Positions 35,500 through 44,505 of a DNA stretch of 64,000 nucleotides are shown piece after piece. Source of the stretch: Pyrinomonadaceae bacterium (GTDB taxonomy: Bacteria > Acidobacteriota > Blastocatellia > Pyrinomonadales > Pyrinomonadaceae); NCBI GenBank assembly GCA_035941045.1, contig DASZEK010000198.1, positions 660 to 64,659 on the forward strand, in the 5' to 3' direction. A model generated the notes under the pieces. The model ran no database searches and was not told the origin of the DNA. It worked only from the letters and a program-made list of their open reading frames with translations. The translations under genes and the position numbers were made by a program. Within the stretch, counting starts at the first letter, position 1; each line of letters begins with the position of its first letter.

Positions 35500-38238
35500 T
35501 TAGAAGCGGAGGCGGTAGCGGGAGAAGAAGCTGCGGCCGGGGCCGTCGATGCCCCAGCTTATGCCGCGGTAGTTCTTGTCGGCGAGGTTGTCGAACTCGA
35601 ATTGTAGGTCGGAGTTCTCGCCGAGCTTGAGGCCGCCGCGGATGCCGACGAGGCCGTAGCCAGGCACGGCGACGAAGAGCGGCGCCGAGGTGGCCGAGCC
35701 GAGCAGGCGGTTTTGCACCTGCGCGAGCGTTTCGCCCGTCGGGATGAGAATCGTCTCGTCGCCCGTCGCGCAGCGCCCGTCCGGCCCCGGCGCGACGAGG
35801 CCGCGGACGCAGGCGCCGCGGCGGAAGAAGTCGCGGATGTCGTCGCGCGAGCGCGTCGCGCCCGTGCGCCGGTCGCCGAGGTCGAGAGACGAAAGGCGCG
35901 TCTGGCGGTCGAAGGCGACGCCGTAAGCCTCGACCCAGAAACTCCCGCCCGCGGGCTCGTAACGCAGGCGCAGGAAGCCGTTGGGCGCGGGCGTGCCGCC
36001 TTCGATGTTCGGCGGCAGGCCCGTCTCCTTGTCCTTGGCGTAGATGTAGGTGAAGCCTCCGGAGGCCGCGAAGTCGCGCGCGAGCGGGGCGTCGAAGCCG
36101 AGCTCGGTGCCGTAGAGGCGGGCGTCCGAGAAGTTGGCGCGCACGAGGACGGGCGCGGCTGAGAGCGGGACGAAGACGACGCCGTTCGAGAGCTGGCTCG
36201 TGATGGGCTGGTCGCCGAGCAAACGCCCCGTCGAGCCCGCCGGCAGAATCAACGCCTGCTTCGTGATGGCCTTGTTGATGTCAATGAGAAACCCGGTCGC
36301 CTCGGCGCGCCAGCGCCCGCGGCGGTAGAGGACGCTGGCGTCGAAGTTGTTGCTCACCTCCGACTGCTGCCGGACGACGGGGCGGCCCGTGGAGACGGCT
36401 GCGCGCCCGGCCGTCGTGCCGACGGTCCCGCCGAGCGCGGCGGCCGTCGCCGTGTCAATCTCGAAGCCGTCACCCGTCAAACCCAGAGTGCCGAGGTCCG
36501 TGATGTTCGGCGCGCGGAAGCCGCGGCTGTAGTTGAAGGCGAGGTTGAGGTTGTCGGCGGCCGTGACGACGATTCCGGCGCGGCCCGAGAAGTCGTCAAC
36601 GTAGAGGCTGTCGTCCGGCCACAGGCGCGCGCCGCCGATGGTGGGGCTGTCGGCCGCGCGGGAGCGGTAAGAAGCGACGTTGTAGCGGAGCGCGCCGCTC
36701 AGGCGGACGCGGCCCGGCACGGCCTCGTAGAAGTCCTGCACGAAGAGGCCGGACTGGACGTAGCGCGCCTCGTCGGGGGCGCGGCCGCGCGAGGGTGCGT
36801 CAACGTTGGTGACGGGGTTGAGCGTGTGGGCGGGCGCGTTGACGCGTTCGTGGTAGAGGTCGCCGCCGAAGAGGAGCGTGTTGCGGGAGGAGAATCGCTT
36901 GTCGAGGTTGAAGCTGAGGCCGTAGACGTTTGTGCGCTCGTACTGGAACGTGACGTTGCCGAAGGGGTTGCCGCGACCGCCCTGGTTGACGCGCTCCTCA
37001 CGCTGACTGTTGAAGGAGAAGGTGAGGGAGCCGGTGTCGAAGAAGCCGACGCCGTGCTTGACGTAGCGGCCGTAGAAGAAGTCGAGCATCAGGTTGCGGA
37101 GGTCGCTGATGAGGTTGCCGTCGCCGCCGAGCGTCTGGTCGTAACGCTTGCCGCCGTCCTGCTGCGCGCGTTGGTAATGGAAGACGAGCTGTTGGTCATT
37201 CGTCGGCGCGTAGTTGATGTGGAACGTGCCGCCGTACTGCGTGAAGGCCGTGTCGGTCAGCCTCTCCCCGAGGATGTCGGAGCGGAGGCCGAGGAAGCGG
37301 TTGACGGAGGAGTGCGAGTCGTAGCCGCCGCCGGGGCGGAGGGTGTTGGCGCGGCGGGCGGCCAGGTTCATCAAAAGTCCGACGCGCTTGGAGCCGTAGG
37401 TGACGAGCGTGTTGCCGCCGAAGGAGAGGTCGGCGGAGTTGAAGAAGGTGGTGGCCTCGCCGTGCGTCTCGGGGCGGTCGAAGCCGAAGCCGGGCGTCTG
37501 CGAGACGAGGGCGACGGTGCCGCCGAGCGAGTCGGAGCCGTACTGCGCGCTGTTCGGCCCGCGCAGGACTTCGACGGCGCGCAAGCTTGTCGGCTCGTTG
37601 AGGTTGAAGAAGGTGTTGACGCCGCCGCGCTGCGCGCTCGTCGTGTAGCGCACGCCGTCAACGTAGGTCGAGACGTTCTTGCCGGTCAGGCCGCGCACGA
37701 AGATGGCGCCCATCGTCGGGCTCGTCCTTTGGAGTTCGAGGCCCGGCTCCTCGCGCCCGACCTGGGCGAGCACGGCCTTGGCGCGCATGAGGATTCCGTC
37801 TTCGGGGATGACGTTGACGCGCTGCGCGACGCGCGAAGGGTCGAGCGCCTGCCCCGTCTCGGCCGTCACCGTGACGTGCTCGTTCAGCGTCTCGGCTTCG
37901 AGCGTGACGGCGACTGTCGTGGCGCCGCTCGCGCCGACCTGCGCCGTGACGCGGCGGCCCGCGAAGCTCTTCATCGCCACGCGCACGACGTAGGAGCCGG
38001 TCTGCACGCCCTCGAAGCGGAAGCGCCCTTCGCCGTCGGTCCGCGTCGTCTTCAATAAGACCTGATGCGGGTCGATGAGGTAGACGCGCGCGCCCGCGAC
38101 CGCCGCCCCGGCAGCGTCCGTGACCGCGCCTTCGATGCTGCCCTGCGCGGCCTGACGGGCGTGGGCGGGCGCAGGCGCGAACGCGACGAGGAGGCACGCG
38201 CAGAGGAGCGCGCGGGTGAGTTGTCCGTTGAACGTCAT
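35500..38238 (-). CDS. TonB-dependent outer-membrane receptor with N-terminal carboxypeptidase-regulatory-like domain
   Basis: 912 aa. Signal peptide ...LLCACLLVAFAPAPAHA. CarboxypepD_reg-like segment SIEGAVTDAAGAAVAGARVYLID...DGEGRFRFEGVQTGSYVVRV. Plug segment VNVIPEDG...GAIFVRGLTGKNVSTYVDGVRY. C-terminal FSRYRLRF. Confidence 0.85.
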   Translation of the reverse strand: MTFNGQLTRALLCACLLVAFAPAPAHARQAAQGSIEGAVTDAAGAAVAGARVYLIDPHQVLLKTTRTDGEGRFRFEGVQTGSYVVRVAMKSFAGRRVTAQVGASGATTVAVTLEAETLNEHVTVTAETGQALDPSRVAQRVNVIPEDGILMRAKAVLAQVGREEPGLELQRTSPTMGAIFVRGLTGKNVSTYVDGVRYTTSAQRGGVNTFFNLNEPTSLRAVEVLRGPNSAQYGSDSLGGTVALVSQTPGFGFDRPETHGEATTFFNSADLSFGGNTLVTYGSKRVGLLMNLAARRANTLRPGGGYDSHSSVNRFLGLRSDILGERLTDTAFTQYGGTFHINYAPTNDQQLVFHYQRAQQDGGKRYDQTLGGDGNLISDLRNLMLDFFYGRYVKHGVGFFDTGSLTFSFNSQREERVNQGGRGNPFGNVTFQYERTNVYGLSFNLDKRFSSRNTLLFGGDLYHERVNAPAHTLNPVTNVDAPSRGRAPDEARYVQSGLFVQDFYEAVPGRVRLSGALRYNVASYRSRAADSPTIGGARLWPDDSLYVDDFSGRAGIVVTAADNLNLAFNYSRGFRAPNITDLGTLGLTGDGFEIDTATAAALGGTVGTTAGRAAVSTGRPVVRQQSEVSNNFDASVLYRRGRWRAEATGFLIDINKAITKQALILPAGSTGRLLGDQPITSQLSNGVVFVPLSAAPVLVRANFSDARLYGTELGFDAPLARDFAASGGFTYIYAKDKETGLPPNIEGGTPAPNGFLRLRYEPAGGSFWVEAYGVAFDRQTRLSSLDLGDRRTGATRSRDDIRDFFRRGACVRGLVAPGPDGRCATGDETILIPTGETLAQVQNRLLGSATSAPLFVAVPGYGLVGIRGGLKLGENSDLQFEFDNLADKNYRGISWGIDGPGRSFFSRYRLRF

Positions 38239-38343
38239 GGAGCAGTCCCTTGTCTCTGGCTGAAGGTCGGCGCGTCGGGGTTTTAAAGGCTGAATGTAAA
38301 CGCGGAAGGCTTCTACTACCAGCGGTCGTAATTGGCGCGCGCT

Positions 38344-39354
38344 TCAGCGGAGGGCTTCGACGGCGTGCTCGATGAGGAGGTGAACGGCGCGCAGCGTGTC
38401 GGCGAAGAAGAGTGTGAAGGCGAGGGCGGCGCAGAGGCCGGAGCAGGAGGCGAGCGCGGCGCGGCCGAGCAGGCGCGGGCGCGCGGGCGCGGGTCTTTCG
38501 CCGTCGCGCTCGGCCAGCGCGAGCAGGCGGCGGACGCGCCGCTCGACATCGCCTTCGCCCTCGCCCGCGAAGAAGACGCCGGACGGCGCGTAAAGCTTGG
38601 CCGAGGCGGGGACGTGGCGCGCGATTTTGACGAGCGCCGAGGCGAGGCAGAGCGTCTGCGAGGTGCCGCGGCGCGCGGCGTATTCGTCGGCCGCCTCTTC
38701 CGAGGCGAGCTGCCAGCCGCGCGTCAGCGGGCGGCCGAGCGGGACGAGCGGCAGCGCGTCCTGACAGGCGCGGATGAGCGCGCGCTTGAGGTTGTCGCGC
38801 GCCCGCAGGTGGCCGCGCTCGTGCGAGACGACGGCCGCCAGCTCTTCGGGCGTCAGGGATTCGAGGACGGAGGTGGCGACGAACAGGCGCGGCCGGAAGA
38901 CGCCGAGCACGGCGACGAGAGGGAACTCGTGCGGCAGTTTGTAGGCGGGGACGGAGACGCCGCGCAGGCGCACCGGCTCGGCCCCGCGCAGCCACCCGCG
39001 CGCGAGCCTGCGCGTCGCCGTCCAAGTCCCGAGCAGCCTTCGCAAAGCTACGCCGACGCCCGCCGCCGAGACGAGCGCCAGCGCGAGCAGCTTAACGCCG
39101 ACCACCTCCTCCGTCTGGCGCGGCTCGTGCGCGACGTAGGCGGGGACGACTAAGGCGAAGACGGCGAAGACGGCGAAGGCGGTCGGCAGGACTCTCAAAG
39201 TGAAGAGCGCGTCGGCGCGCGTCCGCGCGTCCCAGCGGGAGGCGCGGCGCGAGAGAGCGCGCCAGGCGAGCGCGGCGGCGGCGGCGCCGAGCGTGTTGGT
39301 CGCCAGCAGGGCCGCGAGCGCGAGGCAGACTCCGAGCAGCTCGTACACGCTCAC
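38344..39354 (-). CDS. M56 family (BlaR1-like) membrane metallopeptidase lacking an extracytoplasmic sensor domain
   Basis: 336 aa. N-terminal TM helices and HExxH site AAVVSHERGHLRARD. GTG start overlaps the blaI-like stop (GTGA). Much shorter than the ~600-aa BlaR1/MecR1 (recalled), so no penicillin-binding sensor domain can be encoded. Confidence 0.8.
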   Translation of the reverse strand: MSVYELLGVCLALAALLATNTLGAAAAALAWRALSRRASRWDARTRADALFTLRVLPTAFAVFAVFALVVPAYVAHEPRQTEEVVGVKLLALALVSAAGVGVALRRLLGTWTATRRLARGWLRGAEPVRLRGVSVPAYKLPHEFPLVAVLGVFRPRLFVATSVLESLTPEELAAVVSHERGHLRARDNLKRALIRACQDALPLVPLGRPLTRGWQLASEEAADEYAARRGTSQTLCLASALVKIARHVPASAKLYAPSGVFFAGEGEGDVERRVRRLLALAERDGERPAPARPRLLGRAALASCSGLCAALAFTLFFADTLRAVHLLIEHAVEALR

Positions 39355-39794
39355 TCCTCCCCGCCGAGGGCGCGCTTCTTCTCTTCGACGAGGGCCTGAA
39401 GCTTGTCGAGCAGCGAGCGGTCGCGCTCGGTCACCGTGTCCACGATGCAGGCCAGCAGCGGCTCGACCTTGACGGCGTCGCCTTCGAACAGTCCGTCAAT
39501 CACGTCCTCGGCCACGCCGCGCTCGAAGTCTTCGCGCGAGACGCGGGGCGAGTAGACGTAGGCGCGGCCCGACTTGCGGCGCGCGAGCAGGCCCTTCTTG
39601 TAGAGGCGGTCGAGCGTCGTCATCCAAGTCGTGTAGGCGGTCCTCTGCTCGTAGGCGTGGTAGATGTCGCCCGCGCTCACCTCGCCGCGCCCCCAGGCTT
39701 CTTCGAGGGCCGCGCGCTCCAGCCGACCCAGCGCGAGGCCCACCACCTCGCGCGGTCGCCTGAACCCGAACAGCGTGAACTGCGGAGTCTTCAT
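39351..39794 (-). CDS. BlaI/MecI/CopY family transcriptional repressor
   Basis: 147 aa. Winged-helix N-domain (LGRLERAALEEAWGRGEVSAGDIYHAY...TTLDRLYKKGLLARRKSGRAYVYSP) plus a C-terminal dimerisation helix. Translationally coupled to the M56 gene. Confidence 0.85.
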   Translation of the reverse strand: MKTPQFTLFGFRRPREVVGLALGRLERAALEEAWGRGEVSAGDIYHAYEQRTAYTTWMTTLDRLYKKGLLARRKSGRAYVYSPRVSREDFERGVAEDVIDGLFEGDAVKVEPLLACIVDTVTERDRSLLDKLQALVEEKKRALGGEE

Positions 39795-40026
39795 CCCCTT
39801 ACAAGGCCCGAAGAGAAACGTCCCCGACGACTTCTAAATGACTTCCGGCGGCGGCCCATTGTGGCCGGGGCGCGGGGGTTTTGGCAAGAGGCGGGTGGTG
39901 GTATCATGTGCGTCGTGCGGCTCCCGCCGCCCGCCCGAGCCCGGCCGCCTGTGCCGCCGCGCAGGCCGCAATCTCACGACCCCGAAGCAGACTCAAGACG
40001 GTTTGCCCTGACCAGAGGAAGCAGAG

Positions 40027-42981
40027 ATGTTAAGAAAATCCCTCCTTGCCCTCGCCCTTTGTGCGTCCGCCCTGCCGGCCCTCGCCGCCGCGCAGACCTG
40101 CACGCCGCCCGCCATCGTCGCCAACGCCAAGACGGAGAACCTCTTCACGCCCGAGCAGGAGATGATACTGGGCGAGCTGACGGTCGAGGAGATGGCGGGC
40201 GAGTTCCGCCACGTCAACGACGAGAGGCTCCTCGCCTACGTCCGCGAGATGGGCGCCCGGCTTGAGAAGCACCTGCCGCAGACGGGGCTCAGGTTCCAGT
40301 ACCACATCATCGACATCCCCGAGGTCAACGCCTTCAACATCCCCGGCGGCCACGTCTTCCTCGCGCGCAAGCTCATCGCCTTCTCGCTGAACGAGGACGA
40401 GCTGGCCGGGGTGATGGCGCACGAGCTGGGCCACGCCGTCGTGCGCCACGCCTCCACCGACATGTCCGTCCTGATGCGGAAGGTGCTCGGCATCAGCTCG
40501 CTCGGCGACCGCAAGGACATCATCGACAAGTACAACCTGCTCATCGAGCGCGCCCGCACCAAGCGCGTCTCGCGCCCGCGCGGGCACATGGACGAGCAGC
40601 AGCTCGAAGCCGACAAGATAGGCGTCTACGCGATGGCCGCCGCCGGCTACGACACCGCCGCCTATTACAACGCCTTCGCGCGCATGACGGAGAGTAAGGA
40701 GAAGTCGGGCAACTGGTTCTCCGACATGTTCAGCAAGGTGACGCCCGAGCAGAAGCGTCTGCGCGAGATGGCGAACGCCGCCGAGAAGCTGCCGGCCGCG
40801 TGCCGCGAGGGGCGGGCGGCGCGCGCCACCGAGGACTTCCTCAAGTGGCAGGCCGACGTGGTCTCGTTCCGCGAGGCGGCGCGGCGCGAAGAGCTGCCCG
40901 GCCTCGTCTGGAAGAAGGAGCTGTCGCCGAAGCTGCGCAGCGACATCTCCCACTTCGCCTTCAGCGGCGACGGCAAGCATCTGCTCGCGCAGGACGACTA
41001 CGCCGTCACCGTCATCCGCCGCGACCCGCTCGAAGTGCTCTTCCAGATTCCCGTCGAGGCGGCCGAGGAGGCCAACTTCACGCCCGACGGCCAGTTCGTC
41101 GTCTTCACGACCGAGAATTTGCGCTACGAGAAGTGGAGCGTCGCCGAGCGCAAGCCGGTCGAGGTGCGCGAGCTGGTGGTGCGCGGCGACTGTTGGGAGC
41201 ACAAGCTCTCGCCCGACGGCAACTACCTCGCCTGCATCGACATCACGACCAGCGTCACCATCCTTGAGACCAAGACGGGCAAGAGGGTCTGGGAGAAGAA
41301 GGAGTTCTACCAGCTCTCCCTCTTCGAGTTCATCGCCTGGCTCGAAAGCGCGGCCAGCGGACGCGACGACGGCGGGACCAACTTCTTCCGCATCGAGTTC
41401 TCGCCCGACTCGCGCTACGTCGTCTTCAGCCGCTCCGACAAGTACCGCTTCCGCTTCTCCTTCGACATGATGGTCATGGACAAGAGCGAGAACACCGCCC
41501 TCGCCATCGACCTCCAGACGATGAAGCCGGCCGACGTGGGCGGCGACCTCAAGAAGCTCGCCGCGCACGCCTACGCCTTCCTCGACGCCGGCAAGGTCAT
41601 CGGCATGCCCTCGCTCAAGCCCGAGGAGGGCGGCGTCTTCGCCTTCCCGTCGGGCAAGCGGCTGCAAAAGTTCACCTTCTGGGGCAAGGTCGTCAAGCGC
41701 ACGGCCAACCCCGACTACGTCGTCGTCAAGCCGCTGGCGAACACGAAGATGGGCGTCTTCGACTTGAAGAAGGGGGCGCTCGCCGCCGGCTTCGACAAGC
41801 AGGACGGCACGCTCTGGAACAACCTCATGGCCTACGAGTCCGTCAACGGCAAAATCCTGCTCCGCGAAGTCTTCTACAACGAGGCGGACAAGAAGTTCGA
41901 CTTCAAGGAGGTCGGCACCGTAGACATCCCCATCAGCTCGCTCAAGAAGCTGGAGGCGGCCGAGGTCTCGGACAACTTCAACTGGCTGCTGCTCTCCTCG
42001 AAGAGCCGCGGCGGGCTCTGGAACCTCTCGACCGGCGAGCGCAAGGTCTACGTGCGCGGCTTCAGGGGCGGCGTCGTCGGCGACGACGGCGGCGCGGTCG
42101 GTGACTTCCCCGAGCTGATGGACGTGCCGCACAGCCTCGTCTTCATGAACCCGAAGGACGAGTCGGTCGTCGGCTTCCGCGAGCTGCCCGAGCGCGGCGC
42201 GCGCCAGCACGGCCGCTTCGTCCTCTCGCGCCGCAGCCTGAAGGAGACGGCGCCGAAGGACGAGAAGAAGGACGAGAAGAAGGAGGGCGACAAAAAGGGC
42301 GAGGCCGCGCCGCCGCGCCCCGACGACTCGAATGACCGGGACCTCGGGCGCGAGGTGCGCTTCGAGCTGAAGGACTTCATCCAGGACAAGGTCATCTGGA
42401 CGCGCGACTTCACCAAAGAGGCGCCCTCCTTCACCTTCGACGAGTTCAGCGGCCGCCTCATCTTCTACTGGCGCCTCGGCAGCGACGCCGGCAAGGCCAA
42501 GCTCAAGGAGTCGGCCGAGATTCAGGCCAAGGCCGACGCGCTCGGCAACAAGGCCGACGACTACCTCGTCGAAGTCGTTGACGCCTACGCGCAGAAGACC
42601 ATCGGGACGGTGCTCCTGGAAACCGGCAAGGGCTCCTTCGGCGTCGGCGGCGGGGGACTCTCGGAAGGCAACTGGCTCGTGCTCAAAGACACCGAGGGGC
42701 GCGTCCTCGTCTACGCCATCAAGGAGGGCGAGCTGCGCCACCGCTTCTTCGGCAAGCACGCCGCCGTCAACCCGCGCCGTAACCAGCTCCTCGTCGAGAA
42801 CTTCCCCGGCGAGCTGAGCCTCTACGACCTCGACACCGGCGACCGCCGCGCCACCCTCCGCATCAACGGCACCGCCGCCTTCACCCGCTTCAACCTCGGC
42901 GGCAACCGCCTCCTCGTCCTTAACGACACCCAAACCGCCTACGCCTTCGACCTCGACAAACTCGCCGCCAAAGCGAACTGA
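40027..42981 (+). CDS. Secreted M48 family metalloprotease fused to a large beta-propeller-like C-terminal region
   Basis: 984 aa. Signal peptide MLRKSLLALALCASALPALAAA. M48 signature NAFNIPGGHVFLARKL...AGVMAHELGHAVVRH. More than 600 aa of repeated beta-strand blades (FSGDGKHLLAQDD; FTPDGQFVVFT; LSPDGNYLACID; FSPDSRYVVFS). A Lys/Glu/Asp-rich insertion APKDEKKDEKKEGDKKGEAAPP. Confidence 0.8.
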   Translation: MLRKSLLALALCASALPALAAAQTCTPPAIVANAKTENLFTPEQEMILGELTVEEMAGEFRHVNDERLLAYVREMGARLEKHLPQTGLRFQYHIIDIPEVNAFNIPGGHVFLARKLIAFSLNEDELAGVMAHELGHAVVRHASTDMSVLMRKVLGISSLGDRKDIIDKYNLLIERARTKRVSRPRGHMDEQQLEADKIGVYAMAAAGYDTAAYYNAFARMTESKEKSGNWFSDMFSKVTPEQKRLREMANAAEKLPAACREGRAARATEDFLKWQADVVSFREAARREELPGLVWKKELSPKLRSDISHFAFSGDGKHLLAQDDYAVTVIRRDPLEVLFQIPVEAAEEANFTPDGQFVVFTTENLRYEKWSVAERKPVEVRELVVRGDCWEHKLSPDGNYLACIDITTSVTILETKTGKRVWEKKEFYQLSLFEFIAWLESAASGRDDGGTNFFRIEFSPDSRYVVFSRSDKYRFRFSFDMMVMDKSENTALAIDLQTMKPADVGGDLKKLAAHAYAFLDAGKVIGMPSLKPEEGGVFAFPSGKRLQKFTFWGKVVKRTANPDYVVVKPLANTKMGVFDLKKGALAAGFDKQDGTLWNNLMAYESVNGKILLREVFYNEADKKFDFKEVGTVDIPISSLKKLEAAEVSDNFNWLLLSSKSRGGLWNLSTGERKVYVRGFRGGVVGDDGGAVGDFPELMDVPHSLVFMNPKDESVVGFRELPERGARQHGRFVLSRRSLKETAPKDEKKDEKKEGDKKGEAAPPRPDDSNDRDLGREVRFELKDFIQDKVIWTRDFTKEAPSFTFDEFSGRLIFYWRLGSDAGKAKLKESAEIQAKADALGNKADDYLVEVVDAYAQKTIGTVLLETGKGSFGVGGGGLSEGNWLVLKDTEGRVLVYAIKEGELRHRFFGKHAAVNPRRNQLLVENFPGELSLYDLDTGDRRATLRINGTAAFTRFNLGGNRLLVLNDTQTAYAFDLDKLAAKAN

Positions 42982-42999
42982 CCAACTCCCCACCTCAAA

Positions 43000-43039
43000 A
43001 AGCAGCGCGGCCGCCAACACATTGGCGGCCGCGCTGCTT
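43000..43039. terminator. Bidirectional hairpin terminator
   Basis: 16-bp perfect stem aagcagcgcggccgcc / ggcggccgcgctgctt with an 8-nt loop, lying between convergent genes. Confidence 0.7.
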
Positions 43040-43053
43040 CTCTAATTTCGTGG

Positions 43054-43509
43054 CTAGGATGTCGGCCGTCCGCTAAAGACGAAACGGCTATACCCGAACC
43101 GGGCCGCGGTCCTGCGCCGGTGACAGTTGGCGCAACGTACCTCACACTTCTGAATTTCTGCGAATATTTTATCCCACGATATGTTGTTGATAATCATCTG
43201 CGTGACGGATTCCACCTTGACGGTGTCGCTCCTGTGGTCAAATTCGAGCACAACCGGGTCAGACTCCCCGCAATCTACGCACGGGTGTTCTTGAAGGTAA
43301 TCGTAAGTCTTACGCGCCTTCTCTTTACGAAGCCTCGTCCGACTCTCGGTGTGCTTCTGCTTATAAACGGCGTGGTTACTGTAATACCGCTCCTGATAAC
43401 TGGCTTTGAAGCAGTCGCGACACCAGGAAGCCTTGCCCCCGCGTGCTCTCCGTCTCGCCGGGAACTCACTCTCAAGCTTCTCCACCCGGCAACGTGAACA
43501 TCTTTTCAT
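43054..43509 (-). CDS. HNH endonuclease family protein (low-GC, likely horizontally acquired)
   Basis: 151 aa. N-terminal zinc-ribbon-like CSRCRVEK...WCRDC. HNH core CVDCGESDPVVLEFDHRSD...KCEVRCANCHRRRT. Visibly lower GC and weak GC3 bias compared with neighbours. Confidence 0.75.
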   Translation of the reverse strand: MKRCSRCRVEKLESEFPARRRARGGKASWCRDCFKASYQERYYSNHAVYKQKHTESRTRLRKEKARKTYDYLQEHPCVDCGESDPVVLEFDHRSDTVKVESVTQMIINNISWDKIFAEIQKCEVRCANCHRRRTAARFGYSRFVFSGRPTS

Positions 43510-43579
43510 ATGACGCGGCCTTGCGACGCGGCACGGGGTTAGTCAAAAGGATTGATGAAAGGGTGGGCGGTAAGGGAAG

Positions 43580-43654
43580 GGCGGCTAGTCGGGCTTGAAC
43601 CGACGACCTCGTGATCCACAGTCACGCGCTCTAACCAACTGAGCTATAGCCGCC
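43580..43654 (-). tRNA. tRNA-His (anticodon GUG)
   Basis: Hand-folded cloverleaf: G(-1)-GCGGCTA / TAGCCGC-C acceptor with encoded G-1:C73 (His identity). D arm GCTC..GAGC. Anticodon stem CGTGA/TCACG with loop CTGTGGA. T arm GTCGG-TTCAAGC-CCGAC. CCA is not encoded. Confidence 0.9.
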
Positions 43655-43843
43655 ACGCTGCTCGCGTTGACCAGAATAGTACCGGACGGCGTTTTCTATG
43701 ACAAGCGGGCCGGCCCTGATGCCCCCGGAGGCGATTAAAGGATGGTTTCTCTGTGAATACTGTGAGTAAGCCGGAAGTTCTCCACGGCCCCCTCTTGCGC
43801 GCCTCTGAGCTAACTGGATATGATTAAACAAGGGGGGAACGAA

Positions 43844-44089
43844 ATGTTCATTTACACGATACATCCGATGCCGGGGCAGAAAGCCAAGTTCGAGGGCGAC
43901 ACCTCAATCAAGTACCGCGTCAAGCGGGTGGACGATTCAATTCAGGTTTCAAAAAAGGGTCGCTCGGAAATCATCAGGGATAACCTCGAATACGACGAGG
44001 CACTAGAACTGATTAACCGGTTCAATAACTTGGAGGGTAAGTCACAGGTGATGAGGGAGGAAGCAGCCCGGCAGAAAAATGAGCTGTAG
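43844..44089 (+). CDS. Hypothetical small protein (ORFan, low GC)
   Basis: 81 aa from ATG 43844, preceded by GGGGGG 6 nt upstream. Lys/Glu-rich sequence MFIYTIHPMPGQKAKFEGDTSIKYRVKRVDD.... Lies in the AT-richer spacer between two tRNA genes. No homology recognised. Confidence 0.4.
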   Translation: MFIYTIHPMPGQKAKFEGDTSIKYRVKRVDDSIQVSKKGRSEIIRDNLEYDEALELINRFNNLEGKSQVMREEAARQKNEL

Positions 44090-44289
44090 AAGTCATCCAC
44101 AGGACGGAAAGATGCTATGCCAATTGACAAATGTATTCATGTTGTCAAGGGAGAAAGACCGGCTCATGTTCGTAGTACGCCCCGTCCGTATCTCTTAGAC
44201 AAAAAGACCCGGCAACTCTGTTAGGCGGAGGCTCAAAATCCACACCCCATGTACCTGGCAGCCCGCTAAGTCAATTGTTGTTGGTTTTA

Positions 44290-44362
44290 TGCCCCCGGCA
44301 CGGCTCGAACGTGCGACCCTCTGCTTAGAAGGCAGATGCTCTATCCACTGAGCTACGGGGGC
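44290..44362 (-). tRNA. tRNA-Arg (anticodon UCU)
   Basis: Hand-folded cloverleaf: acceptor GCCCCCG/CGGGGGC-A. D arm GCTC-AGTGGATA-GAGC. Anticodon stem TCTGC/GCAGA with loop CTTCTAA. T arm GCACG-TTCGAGC-CGTGC. Confidence 0.9.
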
Positions 44363-44505
44363 CGTCGCTGTCGCCAGACGGCAGGCGGATGTTAACACGC
44401 GCCGGACATTCAATGCCAAACGGCGTCGGGCCGACGCGGCGGGCCGGAATCTCCAAATAATCATGACAAACGGCGGGCGCGTGGCTGTGTTAGAGTGGGC
44501 GTCCT

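Noticed and set aside
36826-39025. ORFs 36826-38058 (+) and 37658-39025 (-), of 410 and 455 aa
   Set aside because: They are antisense or out of frame relative to the second TonB-dependent receptor and the M56 gene. The 455-aa product is extreme Arg/Pro/Ala low complexity. Shadow frames.
40030-43020. 996-aa ORF on the minus strand covering the whole M48-propeller gene
   Set aside because: It is exactly antisense to a gene with clear protease motifs and a signal peptide. Its translation is low-complexity (Ala/Gly/Arg/Val/Glu-rich) with no motifs. This is a typical high-GC shadow ORF.
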